From sequence record LR756502.1: DNA of 64,000 nt. One strand, 5' to 3'. The notes under the pieces are model-generated. The model was given only the letters and a program-made list of their open reading frames with translations, made no database searches and was not told the DNA's origin. Below, in pieces: positions 48,289 to 57,584 of the stretch. Both the position numbers and the translations under genes were made by a program. How positions within the stretch are numbered: position 1 is the first letter of the stretch; each line of letters starts with the position of its first letter.

Positions 48289-50151
48289 ATGATAGAAAAA
48301 TTACGCGAAAAAATTATAGAAGCAAATAGGGCATATCGATTAGGTAGTCCTGTTATATCAGATGCAAGATATGACCAACTTGTTGATGAATTATCGTTAT
48401 TGGAGCCAGATGATGAATTGTTGGATGTTGTTGGTGTGTCTGTCATTGATGATACTCGTAAGAGTAAATTGCCAATAGAAATGGCATCAATGAATAAGAT
48501 TAAAACAATGGAGGACATTAACGACTGGGTTAGACTTAAAGGGATAAGTCGTAATGAACTAGTTGTAATGACTCCTAAGTTTGATGGATTATCTCTTTGT
48601 GTTAAAGAAGATGATAATGAAGCTTGGACTCGTGGTGATGGAACATTTGGTCAAAAATCAGATGAACACTACAAGTTAATTCAAAACCACTTATACGAAG
48701 ATATCTTCGAAAATGGAGATCCGTTCGGACCCATTGAATTCAAATATACATACGGTGAAGTTATGATGTCTAAGAAGTCTTTCTTAGATAAATATGCCGC
48801 TGATTTTGCTAACCCAAGAAATTTAGTAGCTGGTCTTATTAATAATAAAGAATCTACAAATCCATTATCAGATTGTCATTATATTAAATACGGTGGAATA
48901 CCTTCAAATGTATTCAATCCAAAAACAAAACAAGAAATACTTGACACTCTTAACAATGGTCAGAGAAGTAAAGTAAATTATCATATATGTAAAATATCCG
49001 AATTAACAGAAGAACTACTAGTTGGTTTATTCCATAAATGGTCTGTTGATTTTGAGATTGATGGTGTTATTATTGAAATTAATGACCTATCTAAACAAGA
49101 TTCCCTTGGACGTGAGCGTTCAAGTAATAACCCAGTTTGGGCTCGCGCCTTCAAACACGCTAGCTTTGAACAATGTGCCGAGACAGAAGTTATTGGTATA
49201 TCTTGGAATATATCTAAACAAGGCTTATTAAAGCCAATCCTACATATTAAACCTGTTAAACTTGATGGAGTTACCGTTTCTAATGTTACTGGAAACAATG
49301 CTAGATTCGTAAAAGACTCTGGTCTTGGTATTGGCGCTATTGTTGTTGTTAAGCGTTCTGGTATGGTTATACCACTTATCTGTGATGTCCTAAAAAGTGT
49401 TGACTTTATTCAGCCTGTAATCGAAGGTGTTGAAATTGATTGGAATGAAAACGGTATTGAGTTAATTACTCTTACTGAGACAGATGATCAAAAACTAAAG
49501 CAAATCATATCATTCTTTGAAATACTTGAAGCAGATAATGTTGGTGAAGGAGTTATTACCCAACTATGGGAAGCTGGTCATAGAACAATAAAAGACATAC
49601 TAAATCTTAAGCCATCTGATATGGAAAAGTTAGATAGATTTGGTAAGAGAAAGTCCACTATTGTTTATAACTCAATTCAAGGTTCGGTTAAAGATGTTAG
49701 TTTATCTAAACTACAACATGCTACTGGTATATTTCGCGGGTTAGGAAGTAAAAAACTTATTTTACTTGAACACTTTACATCAAAGCCAAGCATTAATCAA
49801 GTAATGTCTATTGATGGGTTTGCTGAAACTTCAGCAAATACTTATTTAGATAGTTATGATGTATTTTTTGACTTCATAAAAGATTTACCCGTTAGTATAG
49901 AAGAGAAAGTTGAGACAGTTGCTACTGGATCAGATTTAGAGGGCCAATCATTTGTATTTACTGGTGTTCGTAGAGGTGATCTAGAGGAGGTAATTGAATC
50001 TAGAGGAGGTAAGATTGGGTCAGGTGTTTCTAAAAACACAACCTATCTTGTTATGAAGTCTATCGGTAGTGGATCTTCTAAAGAGAAGAAAGCAGTTGAA
50101 GTTGGTGCTAAGATTATTACGGTTGAACAATTAGAAAATATATTGAAATAA
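48289..50151 (+). CDS. ligA: NAD-dependent DNA ligase
   Basis: KFDG adenylation motif, TRGDG, NPRNLVAG, DGVII, HhH motifs, C-terminal BRCT. Confidence 0.95.
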   Translation: MIEKLREKIIEANRAYRLGSPVISDARYDQLVDELSLLEPDDELLDVVGVSVIDDTRKSKLPIEMASMNKIKTMEDINDWVRLKGISRNELVVMTPKFDGLSLCVKEDDNEAWTRGDGTFGQKSDEHYKLIQNHLYEDIFENGDPFGPIEFKYTYGEVMMSKKSFLDKYAADFANPRNLVAGLINNKESTNPLSDCHYIKYGGIPSNVFNPKTKQEILDTLNNGQRSKVNYHICKISELTEELLVGLFHKWSVDFEIDGVIIEINDLSKQDSLGRERSSNNPVWARAFKHASFEQCAETEVIGISWNISKQGLLKPILHIKPVKLDGVTVSNVTGNNARFVKDSGLGIGAIVVVKRSGMVIPLICDVLKSVDFIQPVIEGVEIDWNENGIELITLTETDDQKLKQIISFFEILEADNVGEGVITQLWEAGHRTIKDILNLKPSDMEKLDRFGKRKSTIVYNSIQGSVKDVSLSKLQHATGIFRGLGSKKLILLEHFTSKPSINQVMSIDGFAETSANTYLDSYDVFFDFIKDLPVSIEEKVETVATGSDLEGQSFVFTGVRRGDLEEVIESRGGKIGSGVSKNTTYLVMKSIGSGSSKEKKAVEVGAKIITVEQLENILK

Positions 50152-50333
50152 TGGAAGAAGATAAATTTAAAATATGGTATGACGACCAGCCTAATGATGT
50201 TGTAAATAAAATATCATCCTGTCTAAAGAAATTTGGATTAACTATCGATGAACTCGATGGTGGTGATGGTTTTAATGAATATAAAATAGTAGATGTTTAT
50301 ATCACAAAAATTGATAAAGATGACAACACTTAA
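50151..50333 (+). CDS. hypothetical protein
   Basis: 60 aa, coupled to ligA. Confidence 0.5.
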   Translation: MEEDKFKIWYDDQPNDVVNKISSCLKKFGLTIDELDGGDGFNEYKIVDVYITKIDKDDNT

Positions 50334-50928
50334 AGAGATTAGAAAACATATGCTCGATTATATGAGTTATGTGCCAACAGATGATGAAATCTATGATGAA
50401 GATGGCCATTGTGGTGGTGAATTGTGGAATAATGTAAAGGGATTTTGGGAATACTTTAACACAGATGATGATTTCAGGTTTGTTGTATCATGTCAATGGG
50501 TTAGTGACTTAGACTTAGATGGTGGAAGAGATTATATCTTATCTAGCTCAAAAGTTACTCCACTGTTATTTGACTATATGTATAACACACTTGGTTGGAG
50601 AAGTAAAGACTATGAGAAAGTAATTTTCAATTCTACAAATTTGACCGAGGAATTGGAGGATATGTTTGATAATATACCGGTTATTAGAGATACTAAGATA
50701 GAAGAAATTCTAAAGAAAGAAGTTGATAATGTTGAGTCGTGTTTTGAAAATGAAGATGATTATTGGTCAAATATGATTATTAAATTTCCAATGAATAGGA
50801 AATCCGCATGTGATGGACAAGATAACTTAACTTTCGTTGGATATTCTAAATTGGATGGTAATCCTATATATAAAATGAATTTACCAAATGGATTTGAAGT
50901 TATTAAATCAGTTAATAGTTATTTATAA
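50320..50928 (+). CDS. hypothetical protein with an internal RxxKI motif
   Basis: RDTKIEEIL; ATG at 50320. Confidence 0.6.
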   Translation: MTTLKEIRKHMLDYMSYVPTDDEIYDEDGHCGGELWNNVKGFWEYFNTDDDFRFVVSCQWVSDLDLDGGRDYILSSSKVTPLLFDYMYNTLGWRSKDYEKVIFNSTNLTEELEDMFDNIPVIRDTKIEEILKKEVDNVESCFENEDDYWSNMIIKFPMNRKSACDGQDNLTFVGYSKLDGNPIYKMNLPNGFEVIKSVNSYL

Positions 50929-51419
50929 TGGAATCGGATAAAATTAAAATGGTTAGACTGCAGATAAAAAGAGCAGTAAGTAGTAAAAAATGGAGTACTA
51001 GAAGTGATGCATATTCAAGTCTTGGAGAAATGTACACTTCTTATACTTACATAGACTCAATAAATCCAGATAAGTCAATAAATCCAGATAAATGTGCCAC
51101 TATAAAAATAGTTGTGCGTCCTGGTCGTAAATGGATATCTATTGATGATAATGGTGGTGTCTGTGATAATTATGTGTCTATATCGATAAAAAATGGTACA
51201 TCCTGGTCCGAATTCAACGCCCTTTATTATGGATTCTCAAAGTTTGATATTTTCTTATTAAGAGTCAAGTTATTTTTTAAGGCTATTGATAGTAAAAACC
51301 TTAAATATGAACATAGAAAGCAAATATCAATTGATAAGCTTAGTTTGTGCTCGAGTAGATTTATTGAGGAGAATAGGGGTGATTTTAGAGACGCTACAAT
51401 TGATAAAATTATTAATTAA
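50928..51419 (+). CDS. hypothetical protein with a C-terminal RxxKI-like motif
   Basis: Ends RDATIDKIIN; contains an 18-nt tandem duplication (SINPDK x2). Confidence 0.6.
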   Translation: MESDKIKMVRLQIKRAVSSKKWSTRSDAYSSLGEMYTSYTYIDSINPDKSINPDKCATIKIVVRPGRKWISIDDNGGVCDNYVSISIKNGTSWSEFNALYYGFSKFDIFLLRVKLFFKAIDSKNLKYEHRKQISIDKLSLCSSRFIEENRGDFRDATIDKIIN

Positions 51420-51433
51420 TAAAAAATAAAAAT

Positions 51434-51826
51434 ATGTTTATACTTGGGTTAATTATTGGATTTGTTGCTGGTATTGTATCAGTGATTTTCGCACATAAAT
51501 GGGTAAAAATTAAAAGTAAGAACGATAGTATTGTCTACTCTAGAAGAGGTTTATACTATCAGGATTATAATATATCACAAGGTGGTGTACCAGGTGGTAC
51601 CCTCTCGGTTACTTTTGAGGTTGGTGAGATTGATTATAGTGATACAAAGTCTAAGATCGAAGTAATATCAATTAAGACGAATAGGTCTGAATATAATAAG
51701 AGCTCTGATGATTTAGAAAGGGTTACTAAAATGGCTGATCAGTCTTGGGTAGATTCCAAAGAAATTGAATGGATACAATCAGCTAGTAAGAGTAGAAATG
51801 ATAAAATTGATAAAATATTAGCATAA
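51434..51826 (+). CDS. membrane-anchored protein with a C-terminal RxxKI motif
   Basis: N-terminal TM helix; ends RNDKIDKILA. Confidence 0.65.
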   Translation: MFILGLIIGFVAGIVSVIFAHKWVKIKSKNDSIVYSRRGLYYQDYNISQGGVPGGTLSVTFEVGEIDYSDTKSKIEVISIKTNRSEYNKSSDDLERVTKMADQSWVDSKEIEWIQSASKSRNDKIDKILA

Positions 51827-52566
51827 TGAGAGAGGAATTAGTAAAAATATACCAAGACACAAAACAAATATGTTCTGGTATACCAGTACCCAAAAGTGAA
51901 AAGTTTAACTGGGACACTGATGAAATTTATACAAATTACAATTACAATACAAAAAAAGCTGGAAATATTATTGTTGAACCAATGGATACGGTATCAGCAC
52001 TTGTAAAATATAGTAAAAGTGGAAAGACTGCTGTTCTGAATATGGCGTCCGCCAAGAGAAAAGGTGGTGGTGTTGAGAATGGTGCTATGGCACAAGAAGA
52101 ATGTCTTTTCAGATGTTCTAATCTATTCACAATATCAGATGATTTTTACCCACTTAGTGATTATCATTACATTTATACCTATGATGCGACTTTTATAAAG
52201 GACGTTAACTATGGTGTTATGCAACCAGTAACTGCTGACGTAATAACAATTCCAGCAATAAACTTAAACGGATCTCACATTGATTTTTCCCAGCCAGGAT
52301 TCAATGATCAATATGAGAGTGTAATATTGGATAAAATGTTTTGGATGATAAACTCCGCTATTATGAGTGGTTGTGATAATATTATACTTGGTGCTTGGGG
52401 ATGTGGAGTATTCAAAAATGATCCAAATGTTGTATCTAGACTATTCAAAGAGGTATTAGAAGGTGGTTTAAAAGACTCTTTTAATAATGTAGTATTTGCT
52501 GTTATTAATGATAGAAATTCGGTTGGTAATAATTACGAGATATTTAAAAAAACTTTAGAAAATTAA
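51826..52566 (+). CDS. TIGR02452-type bacterial PARG/macrodomain ADP-ribose hydrolase
   Basis: VLNMAS...GGGVENGAMAQEECLFRCSNL; ILGAWGCGVFKNDP. Confidence 0.88.
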   Translation: MREELVKIYQDTKQICSGIPVPKSEKFNWDTDEIYTNYNYNTKKAGNIIVEPMDTVSALVKYSKSGKTAVLNMASAKRKGGGVENGAMAQEECLFRCSNLFTISDDFYPLSDYHYIYTYDATFIKDVNYGVMQPVTADVITIPAINLNGSHIDFSQPGFNDQYESVILDKMFWMINSAIMSGCDNIILGAWGCGVFKNDPNVVSRLFKEVLEGGLKDSFNNVVFAVINDRNSVGNNYEIFKKTLEN

Positions 52567-52574
52567 AATTAAAA

Positions 52575-52925
52575 ATGAAAACTATGATAGAGATGGATTA
52601 CACAAAAATTAGAGGCAAATGGGACAATATTGATCAAACATTGAAGACTATAATAGAGAATAAATTCGATTATATAGTCGAGGACTTGGAGTGTGGTGAA
52701 GTTGTTGCTACTAAGGTAAATACACCATTTATTTTAGCAGATAATGAATTTGATTTAAGAGAGGGAAATAATGACAGGGAATCATTAAATGTCTATATTA
52801 CAGAACAAGGATCATTTACTGGTGGAGGATTCTATGATATCTATGAGGTTGTTGATAAAACAAAACCTGCGTTGATATTACATGGAAATGGAGAAGAGGG
52901 GTATAACATTTTTATCTTGAACTAA
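52575..52925 (+). CDS. hypothetical protein
   Basis: 116 aa acidic ORF. Confidence 0.55.
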   Translation: MKTMIEMDYTKIRGKWDNIDQTLKTIIENKFDYIVEDLECGEVVATKVNTPFILADNEFDLREGNNDRESLNVYITEQGSFTGGGFYDIYEVVDKTKPALILHGNGEEGYNIFILN

Positions 52926-52926
52926 T

Positions 52927-53439
52927 ATGGGATGCGATATACATTTTTTTGTAGAAAAATATTCTACAGATAATTACGAAGGTCCAAAAGACCTACAGGA
53001 GGATAGAGAAGAGAAACTAGGTGTCGTTTTGTCAGATGGTAAGTTTGAGCCAAGATGGATAACCGCTGATAAGTGGGTATATGAAAATCCATATGGAGAT
53101 GGATCTGAGTGGAGTGTAGATTATAATACTAGATTCTATAATGGTAGAAATTATTATTTATTCGGAGTTCTCGCTGGTGTGAGGGGAGATACTAATATTA
53201 TTTCTGAGCCTAGGGGTGTACCTGATGATGCTTCTTATGCATATAAGAAAGAAGTGGAAAGATGGGATGGTGATGGTCATTCAAATTCATACTATACTCT
53301 AGATGAATTATTAGCAGTTGATTGGGATAAAATAAATACTGATGGTTGGATAGATGAATGGCTGAATACCATTGAGAATATGAAAAAAATTGATCCAGAT
53401 CCAAGTAAAGTAAGATGTGTATTCTTTTTTGATAACTAA
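52927..53439 (+). CDS. conserved phage protein with an inserted RxxKL segment
   Basis: MGCDIH.FVE...RNY.LF..LAGVRG...PRG.PDDAS...H..SY.TL.EL family pattern; REEKLGVVL near the N-terminus. Confidence 0.7.
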   Translation: MGCDIHFFVEKYSTDNYEGPKDLQEDREEKLGVVLSDGKFEPRWITADKWVYENPYGDGSEWSVDYNTRFYNGRNYYLFGVLAGVRGDTNIISEPRGVPDDASYAYKKEVERWDGDGHSNSYYTLDELLAVDWDKINTDGWIDEWLNTIENMKKIDPDPSKVRCVFFFDN

Positions 53440-53662
53440 ACAAACAAACAAGTTAATAGGACCGATTGTCAGTTTTGGAAAAATTTAAAATACTGGCATA
53501 AATTTTGTAATAAACAGTGGTTATTTAATTTAAAATTAATCTAAACAGAAGATAAACTTTTAGATATATATTTATATAAGATTAGATTAACGGCAATTAA
53601 ATGAATTAAAAAGTATTGAATCTTAGTTAAGGTTCAAAATAAAAAAAAATAAATGGCAAACT

Positions 53663-54265
53663 ATGGAACAATCAAAGGCAATTTTATTTTCCGAACAGGA
53701 AAAGGTCTTTAAAGAGAGAACGGGTAAAGATTTCTCTTCACTTTACACAAAATACTACCCAAAACTAATTTACTTCACCGCTAAAATGTGCAACAATCAG
53801 CAAAAAGCTGAGGACATTTCAACAGATTCATTTCTTATAGCTTTCGAGAAAGTCGAAAAGTATGATAGGGAAAAATCACAATTTTCAACATGGCTATTCA
53901 CGATAGCCAAAAATCTAGTACTACAAGATATTAAAAACTCAAAAAAGACAATGTCATTAGATATTGAACTCGATGAAGAAGGCACAACTATGAAGGATTT
54001 CATGCCAGAAGATGAGAGTGATGAGTATCTACATGAGGTTATTTCAAAGAAATCGGATATAATGAGAAAACATATATCCAATCTAAAGAATCCTTATAAG
54101 AAGGTAATAGAGATGAGAGAAATTAAGAAAATGGCATACAAAGATATTGCTGATGAATTGAGATTAAACTTATCAACAGTGAAGTCACAAATAAGAAATG
54201 GTAGAGCTATTCTAATAAGAGATACTCAGAAGGAATTTGATGATCTTGAGGAAATGCACATGTAA
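53663..54265 (+). CDS. ECF-type sigma-70 RNA polymerase factor
   Basis: Region 2 (AEDISTDSF..AFEK...FSTWLFTIAKN) and region 4 (YKDIADELRLNLSTVKSQIRNGR). Confidence 0.9.
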   Translation: MEQSKAILFSEQEKVFKERTGKDFSSLYTKYYPKLIYFTAKMCNNQQKAEDISTDSFLIAFEKVEKYDREKSQFSTWLFTIAKNLVLQDIKNSKKTMSLDIELDEEGTTMKDFMPEDESDEYLHEVISKKSDIMRKHISNLKNPYKKVIEMREIKKMAYKDIADELRLNLSTVKSQIRNGRAILIRDTQKEFDDLEEMHM

Positions 54266-54436
54266 CAAACAATTAGCAAGGATTTTCAATGCCATTAACA
54301 AAACGCGAAGAAGAAGTATGTCAGCGTTATTGGTGTTGTAATTTCTATGAAGCCCTGTCTTTTAATACTTTCGTAGGGTGGAGAAAACGAAATCTTGCAA
54401 ATTTACTTTTAATTAAAACTAACAACAAAAAAATTT

Positions 54437-55003
54437 ATGTCAGAAGCACTAAAACTCCCTAAGGCTAGGGACTTATTTTTCATCAAACAGGTAGACCAGG
54501 CGTCTATTGGTGATCTAACTCAAAAAATAATTGAAATAAATAAAGATGATGATCATCTTAAAAAGTTATACTCTGTTTATGGCTTGGATTATACTCCAGA
54601 TCCAATAAAAGTATACATAGATTCATATGGTGGGTCGGTATATCAGTGTTTTGGACTACTTTCTGTGATAGAAAGATCTCAAACACCTATTCATACAATT
54701 GTTACTGGATGTGCTATGTCTGCTGGATTTATGATATTGATATGTGGTCATAAGAGATTTGCTCATAAGCTATCAACACCTTTATATCATCAAGTGTCTG
54801 GTGGTGCTTTTGGTACAGCTAAAGAGATGGAAGAGAAGATGGAAGAAGTTAAAAGACTTCAAGGTCAATTGGAAAATATTGTTAAGGATAAAACTAAGAT
54901 ATCAAAGAAGAAATTAAGAGAAATATTTGATAATAAAGTTGACTGGTATATGACTTCAGATGAAGCTGAAGAATTGGGAGTAGTTGACGAAATACTTAAC
55001 TAA
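54437..55003 (+). CDS. clpP: ClpP-family protease subunit
   Basis: YIDSYGGSV, GCAMSAG (Ser), YHQ (His), DWYMTSDEAEELGVVD. Confidence 0.9.
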   Translation: MSEALKLPKARDLFFIKQVDQASIGDLTQKIIEINKDDDHLKKLYSVYGLDYTPDPIKVYIDSYGGSVYQCFGLLSVIERSQTPIHTIVTGCAMSAGFMILICGHKRFAHKLSTPLYHQVSGGAFGTAKEMEEKMEEVKRLQGQLENIVKDKTKISKKKLREIFDNKVDWYMTSDEAEELGVVDEILN

Positions 55004-55004
55004 G

Positions 55005-55337
55005 ATGAAACACATAGAGTTATCAATGCAAAATGGGGAAATGACACTTGTGTCAAATCTTCCTGATGAAGTTAAAGGACTAATAACAGATGACAATGAA
55101 TCTGTTATGGTTATTAACTATCCATTGTCTGATACTAATAACTTAATAATATCACCAGCTTTAGACTGGGATATGGGTGATGAGAATATCAGTAGGTCGA
55201 TTATTAATCTAAAAGTAGTTGCATCTGTTGGTGTGTTTAATGGACCATCTTGTGATGTTTATCAAAAAATAGATGATAATGATTCCGCTTGGATATTTTA
55301 TCAATTAATGGATGAGGCTATTCTAATTAAAATATAA
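55005..55337 (+). CDS. hypothetical protein
   Basis: ATG 1 nt after the clpP stop. Confidence 0.55.
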   Translation: MKHIELSMQNGEMTLVSNLPDEVKGLITDDNESVMVINYPLSDTNNLIISPALDWDMGDENISRSIINLKVVASVGVFNGPSCDVYQKIDDNDSAWIFYQLMDEAILIKI

Positions 55338-56617
55338 TGGATATTGAGTCATTAGCTAGAAAGGCTATTAATATAATAAAAGAATCCTGGACACTACCGG
55401 AAAGTGGATTCATTGCTGGTGGATCAATTTCAAATATAATATGGGAAATTGTATCTGGTAACAAGGCTATTGTTAATGATATTGATGTATTTATATTTGA
55501 TGGGATATTGGATAAGGACTCATCTATCGATATTCTATCAAGTGGTAGAAAACTAAGTTATGTTGATAAAGAATTAGTATACCATGAAGATTATGGTGGT
55601 CTTAACTTCTCTACAACTCCAAAGGAATACTATACAATAGATTCATCATCAAAAGATGGAATATTTAACTACATACACTATAGATCAAGTGTATGTGACC
55701 CAACTATTGTTATAAACTCATTTGATATAAACTGTACAACTATTGGATATAGTATAGAAGAAGATAAATTCTATTGGTTAAAGTCGTTTGAGGATTTTTT
55801 AAGTACTGGTGATCTGAAGATTTGTAGCCTAACGACACCTTGTCATACAGCGGTTAGAATATGTAAGAAACAAGATGAGTTAAATGCCAAACTTGCTGAG
55901 TTTGAACATTCATTATTGAGTTATTGTATAGGAAGCAGATTTCTAGATACTAATAAAACAAAATTTAGCACTAGATATTCAGATATGTTTGATAAGTATA
56001 GTGATAAAATGCCAAAGTATATAAAGGTTAGACAAGAGGAATCAGAAGAATTTCTAAAAACAAAGGGTATTGATATTGAATTATACACACTTTTTATTAA
56101 AAATGATATAAGTGTTGATGCGCTTTTTGAAGATCATGGGTCATTAATATTTAATGACCCAAATATATCAAAGATCTTTAGTTCTAAACACTTCTTGTTC
56201 TATATGAGAAACATTTATAATAATGATAGGCTAAAACAAATATGGGAAAAAACTAAATACTTTTTCACAACAGAGGATTATATAGATGTTACTATTGTTG
56301 ATAGTGTTAGTGTGGATAGACTCGCTAGGCTTACTGAATATGCACCAAATACAATTGAAAATCTAAGAGGACATAGGATATCAAAACAGCTTGAATTTGT
56401 TAATAAATTATTTGATAGATTTAAGGAAGATCCTATTATTGGAATATCCATACTTGAAAAACACAAACTTGAAGATATTGACCTAGATGACGACTCTTCC
56501 CTATTGGTTCTTGAACTAAGCGTTAGAAAGCTTATAATAAATGATGTAAACATGAAGGCCAATAAGATAGTTAATAAGGATCATGTTGGTATTGACAATG
56601 TATCCGAGTGGTTCTAA
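55337..56617 (+). CDS. nucleotidyltransferase-like protein (poly(A) polymerase/CCA-adding head-like)
   Basis: FIAGGSI...NDIDVF and FDINCTTIG resemble class II NTase GG..RD/DxD and DFTIN motifs. Confidence 0.6.
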   Translation: MDIESLARKAINIIKESWTLPESGFIAGGSISNIIWEIVSGNKAIVNDIDVFIFDGILDKDSSIDILSSGRKLSYVDKELVYHEDYGGLNFSTTPKEYYTIDSSSKDGIFNYIHYRSSVCDPTIVINSFDINCTTIGYSIEEDKFYWLKSFEDFLSTGDLKICSLTTPCHTAVRICKKQDELNAKLAEFEHSLLSYCIGSRFLDTNKTKFSTRYSDMFDKYSDKMPKYIKVRQEESEEFLKTKGIDIELYTLFIKNDISVDALFEDHGSLIFNDPNISKIFSSKHFLFYMRNIYNNDRLKQIWEKTKYFFTTEDYIDVTIVDSVSVDRLARLTEYAPNTIENLRGHRISKQLEFVNKLFDRFKEDPIIGISILEKHKLEDIDLDDDSSLLVLELSVRKLIINDVNMKANKIVNKDHVGIDNVSEWF

Positions 56618-56663
56618 ACTTATTCCTCTGTTTATAATATAATGTAAAAATAAAACAATAAAT

Positions 56664-56984
56664 ATGGTAGCTTTTGTAATAGAATTGAATGATAGTAACT
56701 ATCAAGATATTATCAAAAATGATTTAGTATTAGTTGATATATGGGCTGAATGGTGTGGTCCTTGTAAAATGGTTGCACCTATCGTTGATGAGATTTCAAT
56801 TGACTATCAAGGTCGTTTAACCGTTGGTAAATTGGATGCTGATGCAAACAAAGAAACACTTAGTCAACTTGGTGTTAGAAATATACCAACTCTTCTTCTT
56901 TATAAGAATGGTGAAGTTGTTGATAAATTAGTTGGTGCAGTTTCTAAACAGAAACTATCTGATATGATTAATACACATATCTAA
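56664..56984 (+). CDS. trxA: thioredoxin
   Basis: WAEWCGPCK, NIPTL, LVGA. Confidence 0.95.
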   Translation: MVAFVIELNDSNYQDIIKNDLVLVDIWAEWCGPCKMVAPIVDEISIDYQGRLTVGKLDADANKETLSQLGVRNIPTLLLYKNGEVVDKLVGAVSKQKLSDMINTHI

Positions 56985-57580
56985 TGGATATCGAAAGTAA
57001 AATTAATAACCTTTACCTGGGTAAGAGAATGATAAATCCTTTATTTCAACTCTATGAAATAATTGGTCAATCAGACTTAACTTTGATTGGGTATTCTCAT
57101 AAAGATGAGAGAATAAAAGATGCATTACTTTCCAAAATCAATCCTTTATCGATTGGGAGAGTAAAGGCATCTTTTAGCATTAAACAACATCTGAGAGATA
57201 TTAAAATAGATGGGGTATTATCCGATAAGCCATTTTTAAATGGTAAAGTAATACACATAGACCTTAATGATGTTGAAATTGATAGTGGTGAAGGTAAGTC
57301 AGCTAGCTTGGGTAGAGCTAAGATTCTTCAATCCTTTGTTGAGGAGTTAAGAGAACAATGTATTAGTTTTGGATATAAAGCGATAATGACTTCGGCTTTG
57401 TATCAAACAGCTAATGATACACCGATTCATAATTTTATGGGAGGGAGTGCACCGATGTACGCAAGTGACTTGGTTATTAAATTAAGTGGTGATCTTAAGA
57501 TCATTAAGAATAGATATTGTGGGGACTCTAAAAATTTTGATATATCTACTGATGAATTGAAAAAATTATTGTATATTTGA
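56984..57580 (+). CDS. degenerate RecA/DnaB-like fragment with an internal RxxKI motif
   Basis: IMTSALYQT...GGSAPMYASDLVIKL...IIKNRY resembles the RecA-fold helicase C-terminus; no Walker A; RDIKIDGVL. Confidence 0.5.
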   Translation: MDIESKINNLYLGKRMINPLFQLYEIIGQSDLTLIGYSHKDERIKDALLSKINPLSIGRVKASFSIKQHLRDIKIDGVLSDKPFLNGKVIHIDLNDVEIDSGEGKSASLGRAKILQSFVEELREQCISFGYKAIMTSALYQTANDTPIHNFMGGSAPMYASDLVIKLSGDLKIIKNRYCGDSKNFDISTDELKKLLYI

Positions 57581-57584
57581 TACT

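Noticed and set aside
51057-51092. 18-nt tandem duplication (SINPDK x2); also a roughly 15-nt duplication at 25033
   Set aside because: Simple in-frame slippage duplications with no sign of function
53494-53509. Sigma-54-like -24/-12 site TGGCATAAATTTTGTA upstream of the ECF sigma gene
   Set aside because: Spacing fits but the -12 GC is GT; single occurrence; not supportable without data
54289-54462. 57-codon ORF MPLTKREEEVCQRYWCC... between the sigma gene and clpP as an anti-sigma factor
   Set aside because: Overlaps the clpP start and has no ZAS HxxxCxxC motif; coding status is unclear
5773-57580. RxxKI tag as a DNA-level mobile or palindromic insertion element
   Set aside because: Codons differ synonymously between copies and there are no inverted repeats or target duplications; conservation is at the peptide level
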